Positions 1 to 12,380 of a stretch of 31,831 nt of DNA are shown piece after piece. The DNA lies in NCBI GenBank assembly GCA_001179505.1, contig CDMY01000676.1, positions 1 through 31,831 of the forward strand. The letters are read 5' to 3'. Within the stretch, counting starts at the first letter, position 1, and each line of letters opens with the position of its first letter. This DNA comes from Vitrella brassicaformis CCMP3155. Taxonomy: Eukaryota; Protista; Chromerida. The notes under the pieces were generated by a model. That model was not told where the DNA came from. It saw only the letters and a program-made list of their open reading frames with translations, and searched no databases. A program made the translations under genes and the position numbers.

Positions 1-359
1 GAGTCCACGCACACCCCAAACCGCGCAAGTGAGTGACTTAGCTAGCCGTAGTCGAGTGCCTAAGGGGGGTTCACGGCGCTAGAAACAATAACAAAACTGC
101 TCGCCGAAAGCCACCGCTCGCGAACAATACGCACAGGCAAAGCAACATGGGCACGCAGTCAGCCAACCGACTCAAATCTCATGGTGTTTGAATGAGCAGG
201 CGTCCCGGGCTCATCATCCAACATGCTCGTGGTACAGACGCAAGGTGGGTGGCTGCAGCATGCGTGTCGGACTTTACTGTCATGCATTCACTCACAGTCT
301 GTGCATGAGGGGGCTGTCATGTTTGCGTGTTTCAGTCGGTCCTTCATGCTCTCACTGAC

Positions 360-1290
360 TCGTTCGTCTGTCTGTGTCGGTCTGTCTGTCTGTCTGTCTG
401 TCTGTCGTCTGTGTCTGTTGCGATAACATGATCAAAGCTGAGTCTCTCACGCCACACACACGCCACGCATGCCTGTCTGGCTCTCACTGTCAGTCAGTCT
501 GTCTGCCTGTCACTTGAGCATCGGCAGTGTGCGGCGCGGCCGCTTCCTGACACACACACAGACACACACACAGACACACACACAGAGACATCCAGCCATC
601 CATCCATCCATTTGTGTGTGTTGTGGTGTGGTTACGAGAGTCCGTCTGCCCTCTGTCTGATGGCTGGGCTGCTGATCGACTGGCGGCCCTTCTTGTCGTT
701 CTCACTGTGCGACGACTTGTCGTCGTCCACCGCCGCACGACCACGCTTGCGCGACACTGACGGACGAGTGAGATGAGAGAGAGAAACACACACACACACG
801 TGGCGCCTGTGGTGTGTGTCTGTCTTTTGTACCTTGTTGTTGCTGCGAGTCGTTGTATTTGTGTCGCCGCACACTGAAGCCCTTGCCCATGTAGTCACGG
901 GTGCTCAGCAAACCGCTCTCCTGCAGCCTGACAGAGAATGACATGTGCGTGTGTGTGTGGGTGTGTGTGTGGGTGTGTGGCAGCGACTTACTGTTCGATT
1001 ATGCACTGTGCGATTTCCTCGTCCTGCCCGATCATCGCAGCCAAACTCACACACGTCACCTGCACACACACACACATACACAGAGAGAGAGATGGATGGC
1101 TGGACGGTGTGTCTGTGTGCTCACATAGCGGACGTCGCTGTCGAGGAGCCTCTTGGTGGCCGTCGTCAGAAGCGCCTCAGCCTCGTAATCAAGCTGAGTA
1201 CACACACACAGACAGACAGACAAGGGCATGGATGTGTGTGTATGCTGGTGTGGTGGGTGTGTGGGCGACCGATGGGTCATCGTCGTTGTT
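360..1290. repeat. Direct-repeat partner of about 30940-31831 (3' exons, introns and 3' flank of HOP1)
   Basis: Exon sequences are nearly identical between the two locations, e.g. cacttgagcatcggcagtgtgcggcgcggccg and gacgacttgtcgtcgtccaccgccgcacgaccacgcttgcgcgacactgacggac. Microsatellite introns differ in length. Confidence 0.95.
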
Positions 1291-3273
1291 GGGCTGCGGG
1301 GCCGGCTGGTCGTCTCTTTGCTCTGCGTCTGCCTGTGCGTGTGCGTCTGTGTGTGGCTGCTGTTGCTGTGCGGTCGTCTGCGGCGCCTCGTTGGGATTGT
1401 CGGTGCTCGTGCGGGGATTGGAGAGGTAGTAGCGGGAGTTGCCGCGCTTGACGAGGAAGTCCGCACAGACCAACTCACCCAAATACTCTGGGGACACACA
1501 CAGAGAGAGGGAGAGAGGAATGTGTGTGAGTGGTGTGGGTGTGCGTGTGTGCCGTTGCGGACGGTCCATCTGTGTGCGTGTGATGGTCGGGAAGGCCTTC
1601 AACAGATTCTTCTTGACTGGACTCACTCACACACACGTCAAGTCAATGGCGGTCTCCGGCTTTCTGTGTCTGTGTGGACTCGCTGCGCTGCGCTCACCGC
1701 ACTCGTTGTGTCGCTCGCAGAAGGCGCGAATCTCACCCAACACCGACAACTGAAACATCACGCCACACACATCCATCCATCCATCCGTCGTCTGCACCTG
1801 TTGGCCGTCGTCGAGCGCATCGACCGGCGCCATCGCAGCGTCGTCGTCTAAGTGACACACACACACATCCAATGACACACGTGGGTGTGGTGTGCGCCAG
1901 ATCTCTCTCTGTCTCGTCTGGCACACATACCTGCGGCCGGCTGCTGCTGTCCGTGGTCATTGGCTTCCTCGTGCTGCCCCTGCTGGTCGTTGTGGTCGCC
2001 ATGGATGTCGCCATGGTGGCTGGCGTGTGGGTGCGGCTGCTGGATGGCGTGGATGCCGTCGTCACACGCCGTCTTGACCTTGAGTGTCATCTGGTGGTGC
2101 TGTGTGTCGATGCCGCCACAGGCGCACTCGAGCGGAATCTCGTTGTAGTGAGCCGACGGGTTCGATGGGTCGGTGGGGATGAAGGGGCGGAAGTGCTTCG
2201 GCTCGTAAGTGGCAGACATCCGCTCGTCGTAGTACCTGCACTCAGAGCAGCCAACATGCCATGCCAGGGAGACAGACAGTGAAGGGGATGGTCAGTGGCC
2301 ATTCAGTCTGTCAATGACCTTTATCTGCTTACATCATCTTCATGGTCAGATAGCGGTCATCTGCACACACACACACACACACACACAGAGGGAGAGACAG
2401 GAAGGATGTGTGTGTGTGTGGATGGGCCTGGCCTGCCTGGCAGCGGGCTGAGCTCCTCTAAAGACAGACAGAAAGACAGACAGACAGACAGACAGAGAGA
2501 GGGGATGGAGGTCGGTGTGTGTTGTGGGTGTTGAGTGGCTGCCTTGACTGACTCACGAGTGAGGAAGATGAGGTTCTGCAGCATCGACGTGGTCTGTTTC
2601 TTGGCCTCCTCCTTGGACACTCCCCCACTGTGTGCCCCCGTCGCCTGCTGCCTCACCACACTCGCACTCGCACTCGGCTGTGCCTGTGGGTGGCCGTTGT
2701 CGCGCTCCACGTCCACACTCACACCGTTGTCGTACGCAAACTGCACAAACAACACACAGAGAGAGATGGGCGTGGTGTGGTTTGGTCAGTGTCTCTCTCT
2801 GTGTGTGTGTGCCTTGAAGTGGTAGGACTCGAGCAGCGCGTCCGTCAACGAGTCATGGATGCCGAAGATCAACATACTGATTGCACCACCACATCCATCC
2901 ATCCATCCACAAGACACAGCACAAGACACACACAAGAGTGCATCCCTCCCTCCCTGCCTGTGTGTGTGGCTGACCGGAGGCACTTCTTGTCGATGGCGTC
3001 GAACACGCCCTCCTCGAGCCACGCGTGCAGCTTCGCCGCCTCGCTGTGCTCGTCCTTGGGCCGCAAAATCTTCAACGGCAACTCACCTGCACAACACAGA
3101 CAACACGCAGCCACAACACAAACAGAGAGAGACATGCACTTCCTGGCCAGGCCATGTATGTGTCGCCTCTCTCGGTGACTCAATGATGGTCTTCTCCTCG
3201 AAGCAGTCCTCGGGGAAGAGATTGCGGATGTAGGCGATGCTCGAGAGGCTCGTGCGGACAGCATTGCGGATCA
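510..3273 (-). CDS. HOP1: Meiotic HORMA-domain protein (Hop1/ASY1/HORMAD-like), copy 1. About 14-15 exons; HORMA domain, two winged-helix-like segments and a C-terminal closure-motif-like peptide. 5' exon not found and one donor apparently mutated, so possibly a decaying copy.
   Basis: Spliced exons give VIRNAVRTSLSSIAYIRNLFPEDCFEEKTI / ELPLKILRPK..AAKLHAWLEEGVFDAIDKKCLR / MLIFGI..LLESYHFK / FAY..KKQTTSMLQNLIFLT / QELSPLP / DDRYLTMKMM / YYDERMSATYEPKHF, the canonical meiotic HORMA motif series. Intron phases are consistent at nearly all junctions. The C-terminus KKGRQSISSPAIRQ..RPRRTLPMLK* ends at a stop at 510-512; the alternative unspliced stop is at 632-634. Confidence 0.85.
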
Positions 3274-3988
3274 CTGAACGAAAGACAAACATTAGACAAC
3301 ACAGGTACAGGCGGGAGTGACGACACGTGCAGCCACAACACAAACAGAGAGGGAAAGCTGTGCACTGTGGTGTTGGCTGCACGTGGGTGCATCCTAGTGG
3401 AAAGGACGACTGGGGAAGGTGTGTGTTGGCAGATAGAAGTCATTGAGATCAAGTCTAATTAAATCTCGGGATTCAGATCAACAGGTCCCAGGACAGCACC
3501 CGCCCCCCTTATCACGCACACACAGAGGGAGGGAGGGAGGGAGGGAGGGAGGGGGCAAGAGAAGCGAAGCGGAAGGGAACCAACGAAACAGAACAAACAA
3601 ACAGAACACACCCACACACACAGATGCGTCACGCCATGAATTCAGGTAGCCATTCCATCGGTCCAGAACAACATCACATGTATGTCGACGAGCCCCCCGC
3701 AAGAAAACTCAGCAGCTAAAAGGCATGGAGCCATCTTTAACTGTCCACACCCACGACACACCTCACCCCACGGCGGGCATGAACACTTCTACCGACATCA
3801 CTTGGGTCCCTCCCTGTCCGATTAGGTGGAAAACAGCGAGCCACTTGTCAGTCGATGCCACTAGCAGGAAACACCACATTGCCCCCAGTAATATGCCACC
3901 CATCAGACGACCGTGACTCTCACTGCCATAACACACCCATCAATAACATGACCAAGGAGTTCCTCGCTCGTCCTTCCTCCGTTCACCC

Positions 3989-5283
3989 TCACTCACCTCG
4001 TGTGTGTTGCTCGCGGCCGCCCCGGCTTTTCGCCGCACATAGATGCTCCACACAAAAGAATAGAACCGCCACAAGCGCGACAAAGGCAGACACGATAAAG
4101 AGTGGGAGATTGATATCCTTCCTTGCCCACATAATCGTCAGCACCAAGATGGGCACTTCCAGCAGGGCAAAAGTAGTAGTCCACAGGTGTTGGCTGAATG
4201 AGGGAGAGCCGCGGATGGCATAGTGAATAGACAACGACACAAAGTCAGCCATCGACAAGCCCACGATGATGACGCCGGCAGCTCGGATGCCTTGACCTTC
4301 TCTTTCCAAGCCATGCGCTTCTCGATGACTTGGAAAGTCAGACCAGAAGAGTAATTCCACGCCCACCGCCACATCAGTAAGGAAGTCGATGGCCATCCCG
4401 ACAACGGCCAGCATCTTGTACAATCGGATGAACGTGAGATAATCCACCCGCTTGAGCCACCGCTTGGTCACGGATCGGTACAGGAAGGGCTCTGTTTGCC
4501 GAGCCTTGGCTATGCGCTCGGCCTTCGCCGATGGTCTCCAGCCTGCCCGACGGCCGCAGCATGATAGCCGGTCCTGATCGACGTCGAGGTCCCTTCCACC
4601 CGTCGGACTGGTCGATGCACGGACGACGCGCGGTTCCGATAAGACAACGAAGAGGGTGAACTGCACAAGAACCGCGCCAACCACCCACGCAAGTATGCCG
4701 AGACGCGAGAATTCTTGAAGTGACACGGCGCTCTCAGCGGCGGACATAGAAAAGAAGTACCCGGATCCCACGATGGTCAGAACGATAGAGAAGCAGATGA
4801 TGCATCGAATGCAACACGAGAGAGGCGGTGCGCACAGACTTCCCAATGCACAATGAGGACCATCACCAACAACAGTAGCAAAGTCGTGATCCCCAGCGGT
4901 AGCGCATCCTGTCGATATCCCCCGCCCGGGCTAGATAAATATGCACCATGTGGGAAGAAGAAATAGATAATGCCACCACACCAGCAGAGTGTATAGAGCA
5001 GGACCAGGCCGATGATGAGAAGGAAATGCCTCAGAGGGTAGTCCGTCAGCCAAAAGGTCACACAGCCAATCTGCAGCACCAGAAAGCCCCACAGATCAGC
5101 CCGGCCCTCCGCTGCAGGGGTGGAGACCGATGTCGAGACGGTGGTGGGAATATCTGAGAGCCGAGCGCTGCCTTTGCCCTCGCCCCCTGTAGCCTCCTCT
5201 GGCGAAACATCCACTTCAGAAGCCGATTCTTTGAGGACGTCTGGGAGATCTGCCGTGGCAGTGACCAACGTGGGCTGCTTCAT
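3989..5283 (-). pseudogene. Intronless multi-pass membrane protein of unknown family (about 430 aa if one frameshift near 4849 is corrected)
   Basis: Two overlapping ORFs (4777-5334, first ATG at 5283; and 3989-4846), each with several long hydrophobic helices. Adding one G to GTGCATTGG gives GTG GCA TTG GGA (..VLIVALGSLCAP..) and joins them. No microsatellite introns in 1.3 kb. Confidence 0.55.
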
Positions 5284-5381
5284 GGCTTTCAACCTTAAGT
5301 CTTGCGTGAGTATCTGCCCCTTTTGAGCTCGCAAGTGAAGGGATCGGTGGCCGAGGCAGGTTTGGGTGGTGATCTCCGCAG
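5284..5381. promoter_or_regulatory. Very short divergent intergenic spacer (putative bidirectional promoter/UTR overlap) between the TM gene and AP3M
   Basis: Candidate ATGs at 5283 (-) and 5382 (+) are only 98 bp apart, head to head. Confidence 0.3.
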
Positions 5382-5992
5382 ATGGATGCGCTCTTCATAC
5401 TCAACGACGCTGGGTGAGTGAGTGACAGGATAGATCTCACTCATTGCACACACACACGCCGTCTGCCTTGTGTATCCGTGCAGGAGTTTCATCGTCGAGA
5501 AGCACTTCCGAGGCCGCATTGGCCGCGCCGTCTGTGATCCTTTCCTGGACCTGTTGCAGACCCATGCCGAGAGGGGCTGGCGGGCGGGGGACGCCATTCC
5601 CGCGGTGTTCAGCCACGACAGGCGCCACACGCTCTTCCACATCCGCAAACACCGACTCTTCTACCTCGGCGTCACCAGAGTCGATGTACGCTTGCGATCA
5701 CTGACAGACAGGCTGACAGTCAGGCAGACAGGCAGAGATCGGTGGGGGTGGCAATGTGTGTGTGTGTGCAGGTATCTCCCTTGACGATGCTGGAGCTGTT
5801 GGAGCGCATCCACAGTGTGCTGGTGACCTACTTTGGCGAGGTGACGGAGGACACGCTGCGGTCCCACTTCTCCACCCTCTACCTGGTCCTCGACGAAATG
5901 GTCGACAGCGGCCTCCCCGCCATCACTGAACCAAACCTGCTAGAGGTCAGTGGCCACCATTCCACTCTATCGAAGCATCTCCCTCCCTCCCT

Positions 5993-6029
<37 letters not shown>

Positions 6030-7778
6030 CTCTCTCTGTGCCATGCAGATGCTAATCAGCCCCCCCTCAGTGCTGAACAAGGTGGTGCAGGTGGTGAGTG
6101 GGTCATCCAAGGTCCTCAGCGAGCTGGCGTGGGGGTCATCAGGGACCAACCAGCCGCCGCAGGCCAACATGGGTGAGCCGGCGGGCCCGTTCGGCAGTGG
6201 CGGGGGCATCACTGGGTGCGGGAGCGACATCTGGTGGCGGCGTGCGGATGTGGTGTATGCCGGGAACGAGGTGTATGTCGATATCAATGAGACCATGGAC
6301 TGCATCATCGACAGGTGGGTGTGCTGGGGTGGGTGGGCAGGGAGAAGAAGAGAATGATGGATGCGGTCATGTGTTGTGGTGTGTTGTGTTGTGTTGTGTT
6401 GTCTGTCTGGGTGCAGTCATGGTCAGACGGTCGCTGCCTCCATTGCGGGCGAGGTTGTCGTCAACTCGAAGGTGCGTCGGTGGATGTGGAACACGCCCAC
6501 GCAGATGGGCCAGTGGTGCCATATTCCCTCCTTGTTGTGTTGCTGAGCAGCTATCAGGCCTGCCCGATTTGACTCTGACAGTCAAGAACCCCTCACTGCT
6601 CGACAACTCATCATTCCACCCATGTGTCAGGTACGCCACACGACCCACCACCTGCCCAGCTGCCAGCCAGTCCGCTTTCTACCAACCACGAAATGCGTGT
6701 AGGTTACATCGATACGAGCGTGACAAGGTCCTGTCGTTTGTGCCGCCCGATGGGGAGTTCACCGTGTGTCGGTACTGGCTGTCCGACCCCACCCTGCAGC
6801 CGCCCATCAACCTCCAGCCGTCCCTCACGCTCATGCAGGTCAGTAAGTTGGATCACCTGACTGACTGACTGACTGACATGCCTCGCGAGCCACTCACTGC
6901 ACCGCTGTGTTTGTCTGTGGATGGTGCAGACGAGTGGTCGTCTTGAGCTGCGTGTGGGTCCGAAGCTGTCGGTCGGTATGGTGGGCGGCACTGGGGGCGG
7001 CACCGCGCACACGCAGGCCGTCCTGGAGAAGGTCTCCATCACCATACCCATGCCAGAGTGAGCGAAAGACACACACACAAAGCAGACAAAGACGAGAGGG
7101 CGGCGTGCACGTGTGTGTGGGGTGGGGTGCGGTCAGGTTTGTGTCTGGCGCCACTCTGACGGCCACTGCCGGCACCATCAAATACAAGAGCGACACCAGA
7201 GTTAGCGACCCCGTCTACTGTGTGTTTTTCTGCGGTGCTTGACATTGGCCGGGTCGTTGTCTGTTTGTGTGTGCAGGCGATAGTGTGGAGCATCCCCAAG
7301 CTGAGTTCCGACCAGCAGCCGCCGTCCCACTATGCTGAGGGAACGGTAGGTAAACCGGGACACACATCCACCGCCGATTAATGCATGGCATGGCATGTAT
7401 GTCCATCCATCCATCCATCAGCTGACCTATGACGGCGCTAAGGAGGGCAGCTACGGCCGCGTCGCGCCCCAGGAGCTCAAGTAACTAAGCCAACCATCCC
7501 CCCAATGTGTTTGTGTCATAAATTGTCCTCAATGTGTTTGTGTCATGCGTGTGTGCAGGTGTGTGGCGGATGTGTCGTTTTTGGTCAAGGGCTGGGCCAT
7601 ATCAGGCGTCAAGGTAAGTAGGGTCGGCCACCCCAGTGACCCACACACAGAGCGTCATCCATTGTGTGCTTATTCGTGTGCGCAGTTGGACACTTTGGAG
7701 GTGTCGTCAGTGAGCTACCAGCCCTACAAGGGCTGCCGATACAGCACACAGGCCGGCCATATCGAGTATCGACTCTGA
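5382..7778 (+). CDS. AP3M: Adaptor protein complex medium (mu) subunit, AP-3 mu type; 13 exons, intact
   Basis: MDALFILNDAGSFIVEKHFRG longin N-terminus; LELLERIHSVLVTYFGEVTEDTLRSHFSTLYLVLDEMVDSGLPAITEPNLLE; WWRRADVVYAGNEVYVDINE; LSGLPDLTL..SFHPCVR..YERDKVLSFVPPDGEF; C-terminal ISGVKLDTLEV..YQPYKGCRYSTQAGHIEYRL*. All 12 GT-AG introns are phase-compatible. Confidence 0.93.
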
Positions 7779-8671
7779 TTGCATTGATTGAGCCAAGGCA
7801 GGCAGCAACGAAGGACCCTCCCTCCCCTGTCTGTGTGTTATTTATTCGTGTGTAAGAACTGCTGCCGGATCGGTACGACACGTCAGACGCCGTGTGTGTG
7901 TGTGTGGCCGACTTTGTTTATGGGCATGGCCATCGATTGTCTTAACGAAAAAGTCCTCTAGAGAGAAAGATCGAGTCTGAGTCTGATGATCGTTGTCACT
8001 CTGCATCATTCTGACTCTCTGTGTGACAACGATGGAAACTCTGTGTGTGGCGAAGATCGCTCGCACTCTGACTCACTGTGCTGGCCTTCGTTTCCATCTC
8101 ACCTTCCTGATGGCCGACAGATGCTCGCACAGGAGAGAGCAACTCTGACTAGACAGACAGACAGACAAGACAGACAGGCGAAAAGACCGGCAGGCCGGTA
8201 GTCGACCGAAAAACAGAGAGGACCTAGCTATGGAGAACAGCACACCACATTCATTCTCACGCACACCCAAGACTGTCTGTACTTATCGAATGAATCGATC
8301 CATCCATCCATCCATCCACACGCGCGAACGGAGAGGCTCACAGCAAGCAACCGATGGCTCGCCTCAGCTCTCTCGCACTCGCTCACTCACCCCCTCAAAA
8401 ACTGCAGACTGACATATTCGTTGGCTGATTCGTTGATGGAATAGACCGTTGATGGGTCGTGCCTATCTCTTGAGCTAAAACGCCATTACACACCAACTGA
8501 CAATACCATCACACCACACTCCAACGGCTCAGCATAGCACGGCACGGCACGGCACGCCAGCCGACCAACCAACCACACACATTCAGCCACCATATCGATC
8601 ACACAGGCAGGCAGGCAGGCAGCCAGAGGGAAAAAGATTCGTTCGTGCCGGCCATTCTTGCCATTCTTGAC

Positions 8672-10440
8672 TCACTTGTGGCCCGATCCAAACAGCCACA
8701 TGCCCAGCCCCCCCTCCAACTGGCTGGGGCCGCGTTTCACCCCCTGGCCGCCGGTGGTGGTGGTGGTCGTCGTCGTCGTCGAGGAAGCGGCAGCAGCAGC
8801 GGCAGGTCCCTCCTGGGGGGCCCCCGCGGCAGCAGCAGCAGTGGTAGTCGACGCCAGACGGGTGCCCTTGGTGGCGGCGGTGGAGTTGGTGGTGTTGGGT
8901 GTTGTGGTGATTTCGGCGGGCGTCTTGGGCGTGGCGATGGGCAGTGCCGGAGTTGGCATGACGGGGGGTGTCTTCAGGATGGCCGCGATGCACTTCGAAA
9001 CCTCGTCACTGAGCTTCTTCAGATCTGAAGGCGAAGGGGAAAGCGTGAAGGCGTGATGTGATCAGATTTTCTTTGTGCCGTCTCGTCTGCGCTGCGAGTC
9101 ACTCACTCTCGATGTCAGCCTTGTTGACGTACTGCTTCTCATCGTCTTCCTCCTTGATGACCTCCTTCACGACTTCTTTGACGATGGGCTCGCTCTCGAC
9201 GGCGTCCGTCTGCGTGTCCTTGGACTCGGCGACCGGCTTCTCCTTCTCTTGCTTGACGTTGTCGATTCGGTCGAGGGAGGGCTCGACAGGGCGCATCACG
9301 GGCGTGGTCTTGTTGGAGCGGGGCGTGGTCAAACCCGACGACAGAGAGTTGTTGTACCTATCAGTCCATCCATCCATCCATCACAGAAACAAAGCCACAT
9401 GCAGATCCAAGGCGTGTGTGTGACGGCAGGGGGGAGGGGGAGGATTCTGCCTTACGTGTCAGTGCTGCGCTCGTACTGGGGGTTCATCATCTCCATGAGT
9501 CCCTGTTGGTAGTCCACTTCTCGAATGAGCGCCTCATTCATCGCCTTCTCCGTCTCGAACGCAAACACGAGCTTGGGCACATCTGGCGAGACCAAGAGAA
9601 ACGAGTGGCACTGGCCCTCCTTGCCTGCCTGGTGAAACAAGTGGCCTACTGGGTGCGCTGGTGAAGGCCAGGCAGTATGATTGACCTGTTGAGGGAGGGG
9701 GAGGGCGGGGGGGGGGGGGGGGNNNNNNNNNNNNNNNNNNNNNNNNNNNNNNNNNNNNNNNNNNNNNNNNNNNNNNNNNNNNNNNNNNNNNNNNNNNNNN
9801 NNNNNNNNNNNNNNNNNNNNNNNNNNNNNNNNNNNNNNNNNNNNNNNNNNNNNNNNNNNNNNNNNNNNNNNNNNNNNNNNNNNNNNNNNNNNNNNNNNNN
9901 NNNNNNNNNNNNNNNNNNNNNNNNNNNNNNNNNNNNNNNNNNNNNNNNNNNNNNNNNNNNNNNNNNNNNNNNNNNNNNNNNNNNNNNNNNNNNNNNNNNN
10001 NNNNNNNNNNNNNNNNNNNNNNGGGGGGGAAGACAACGAACCAAAGCAGTGGTTGTGTGTTTGTGTGTGGGAGGGGAGGGGAGGGGGTCTGCCAGTGGCC
10101 AGTCTATCTATCTATCTAGCCCTTCCCTCCCACCTTTGAACGAGTGAAGGACCTCGACCTTGGAACTGTACGCGCGCTGCCTCATGGCATTGGGGCGCCC
10201 CTGGGCAGTCGCCGCCTGCATGTCTGGGTACGTCAGCCATCCGCCATGGAAAAGCTGCACACACTCCCTGGCCCATCTCCCCCCTTCGAAAGTACCTGAA
10301 CACCAACCCCCCCTCACACAGACAGGCTCACACAGGCGGGGGGTTGGCTGTCCGTTCATGCCCTCTCGTGTGTTACCGTCATACGAGCTGTCATAGACCA
10401 GCACGTTTCTCTTCCGCCACGCCTGGCTGTGGAATCCCAT
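8672..10440 (-). CDS. Hypothetical protein with an N-terminal PH-like domain and an acidic, Thr/Ala-rich low-complexity C-terminus; interrupted by an assembly gap
   Basis: Phase-compatible exons MGFHSQAWRKRNVLVYDSSYD / GTFEGGRWARECVQLFHGGWLTY.. /gap/ ..QCHSFLLVSPDVPKLVFAFETEKAMNEALIREV / YNNSLSS..ADIE / LKKLSDEVSKCIAAILKTPP..GHK*. W-x-R-x-x-V-x-L and F-x-F-E-(T)-E-K-x-M resemble PH beta-2 and the C-terminal helix. Start and stop positions are tentative. Confidence 0.6.
9723..10022. other. Assembly gap (300 N) flanked by poly-G runs
   Basis: Seen directly. Confidence 0.99.
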
Positions 10441-10883
10441 GGTGGTCAGGTGGTTGTGGTTGTCCTTGGTCAAACACAGACCGTTCGTTGAGAAACCTTG
10501 TTTGTTTGTTTGCTTTCAAAGAAACAGGTGGGCAAATGTTGAAGAAACCGTCCGACGGATATCTGGGCAACAGAGCGAAGAGCGAAGATCTCACCTTCGC
10601 TATTAAGCTCGCAGAGCTGACAGAGCGGCTTCACGGAATGTCCTAAGCCTGACGATTTCTTCGGGTTACGATTGCACCATGGCAGCTTTCGTACGGTTTC
10701 TGGCGCTCATGAAGGTCCGTCGAGCGCTCATCTAGGTGGGAAATGGGCGCAGTGACGGTCAAGAGTGCAAGCAGACAGCATGGAGCCCTCCGCTGTGTTC
10801 CTTTTCCTCATTTCGTCCGCAGACAGAAGAAGCCGCCTTTGAGCAGTGGAGGCGGGCGACTCGGAGGAGAACTCCGAGGCAAG

Positions 10884-12380
10884 ATGGGCCGCGCAGATGA
10901 CCATCCGGACATCAACAACCAGCAGGGCTTCTACATGCCACCGCCCAGGTGAATGAGTGCAGTGCCGACACACACCTGACAGATCCATCCATCCATCCAT
11001 CCATCCGTCAGGTTCCCTCAGGCGTTCGGCCCCTTCCCTCCCCGCCCCAGGCCTTCCCGGCCTTCCCCTCCGTCAGCCCCGCCGTGCAGACGCTCCTCGA
11101 CCAGCTCCCCGTCGACGACCGACCCGACTACCTGCCCATCAGTCCCATCCTGCAGGACATCCCCCGACAGCCCCTCGTCACCATCCACGGCGACAACCAC
11201 AGCGGCTTCCAGCTGGGTCACACCTACGAGCGGCCGTGTCTGATGCAGTGGCTCAACAGCAAGGGCTTCTCGCCCATGAGCAAGCGGACGCTGACGGGGA
11301 GCCGTGTGGCGAGCAACCATGAGGTCTTGTCGCGGATTGAGGATTGGGGGCGGGAGCAGAGCAGCTGCGTCTTCGGCATGGGTGTGTGGGTGTGGGTGAA
11401 GATGGAGAGGCAGCGGGAAAGGGAGGGGGCAATGAGGGTGAGAGGGATAGCTCTGCTGCTGCGGCGGCGGCGGCGGCGGCAGGTGGTGGTGGTGGTGGTG
11501 TTGCAGCCGGCCACGGCAACAAGATTGAGATAGGTACCGTCACAAAGGGTCGGGGCTGAGGTGTCTGTGATGCATTGTGTTGTGTTGTTTGTGGGGCGGG
11601 GTCAGATTTGACTCTGTCGCCGGCGCCGAACGTCCTTCGGCCTGGTCCAGCAGCAGCTGCTGCTGCGGCTGCTGCAGCCTACAACACACCGGTACCCACA
11701 ACACATTGATATGTTGTCCTGTGGGTGGGTGTCCATTCCATTCACTGGTCCTGCCTCGGTGTGTGTGTTGCGTCTGTTGCGTCTGTCTGGCAGGTTGACG
11801 ACTCGTCTGACGACCTGTTGGCGTCGCTGCCGCAGGAGGAGGAGCTCAATGGCGAGGCCATGAATCCTCCCCCACACCATCAAGCTGCTGCTGCTGGGGT
11901 ATATCTAGATTACGTCGATTTCCATCCATTGAGTCATGATCATGTTTGCGCATCCATCGATGGCTCATGCCTGCCTGCTGTTGGACTGTCAGCGCCTGTT
12001 GGATGAGCGCCCGCTGGGTCCGGCGTGGCTTCGCCAGCTCTTCAGGCACTTCCGCCCCTTCGGGTTCAGGGGGCGACCACCGCTCTTCGTACGCAATGCA
12101 CCCACGCCAAACTCGAACGCACTGGACGCCCTCTTGTGCAACGCTGTTCTCTCTTTGGTGTGGTGTGGCATGTGTGCGTGTGTGTGAACAGCGCCCTCGT
12201 CCCGCCATCCCCCCCTGGGCGCAGCGCAGGCAGCAGACGTATGGTGAGGCCGCTGGGGCTGCCGGCGGTGATGGTGGGGGTGGTGTTGGTGTTGGTGTGG
12301 GTGCGGGCAATGGGCAGCGCAATGTGCGGCCGCGATTCATGATTGAAATTGAAGTGGAAGGGGGGCACTGTAGCGAATGG
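10884..12380 (+). CDS. U-box (RING-like E3 ubiquitin ligase domain) protein with Pro/Ala/Gly-rich linkers; two apparent single-base frameshifts (about 11045 and 11356); 3' end undefined
   Basis: U-box motif PDYLPISPILQDIPRQPLV..GHTYERPCLMQWLNSKGFSPMSKRTL..VASNHEVLSRIEDW at about 11120-11350. Exon 1 is MGRADDHPDINNQQGFYMPPP. Downstream exons DLTLSPAPNV.., VDDSSDDLL.., RLLDERPLGPAW.., RPRPAIPPW.. join with matching phases. Confidence 0.7.

Noticed and set aside
2329-2331. Apparent in-frame TAA after LTMKMM in HOP1
   Set aside because: The TAA lies inside the GTAAGC donor; a phase-2 intron joins M to YYDERM and keeps the frame.
9700-10030. Poly-G runs flanking the gap as a G-quadruplex element
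   Set aside because: They are adjacent to Ns and probably the cause or an artefact of the assembly break; true length is unknown.
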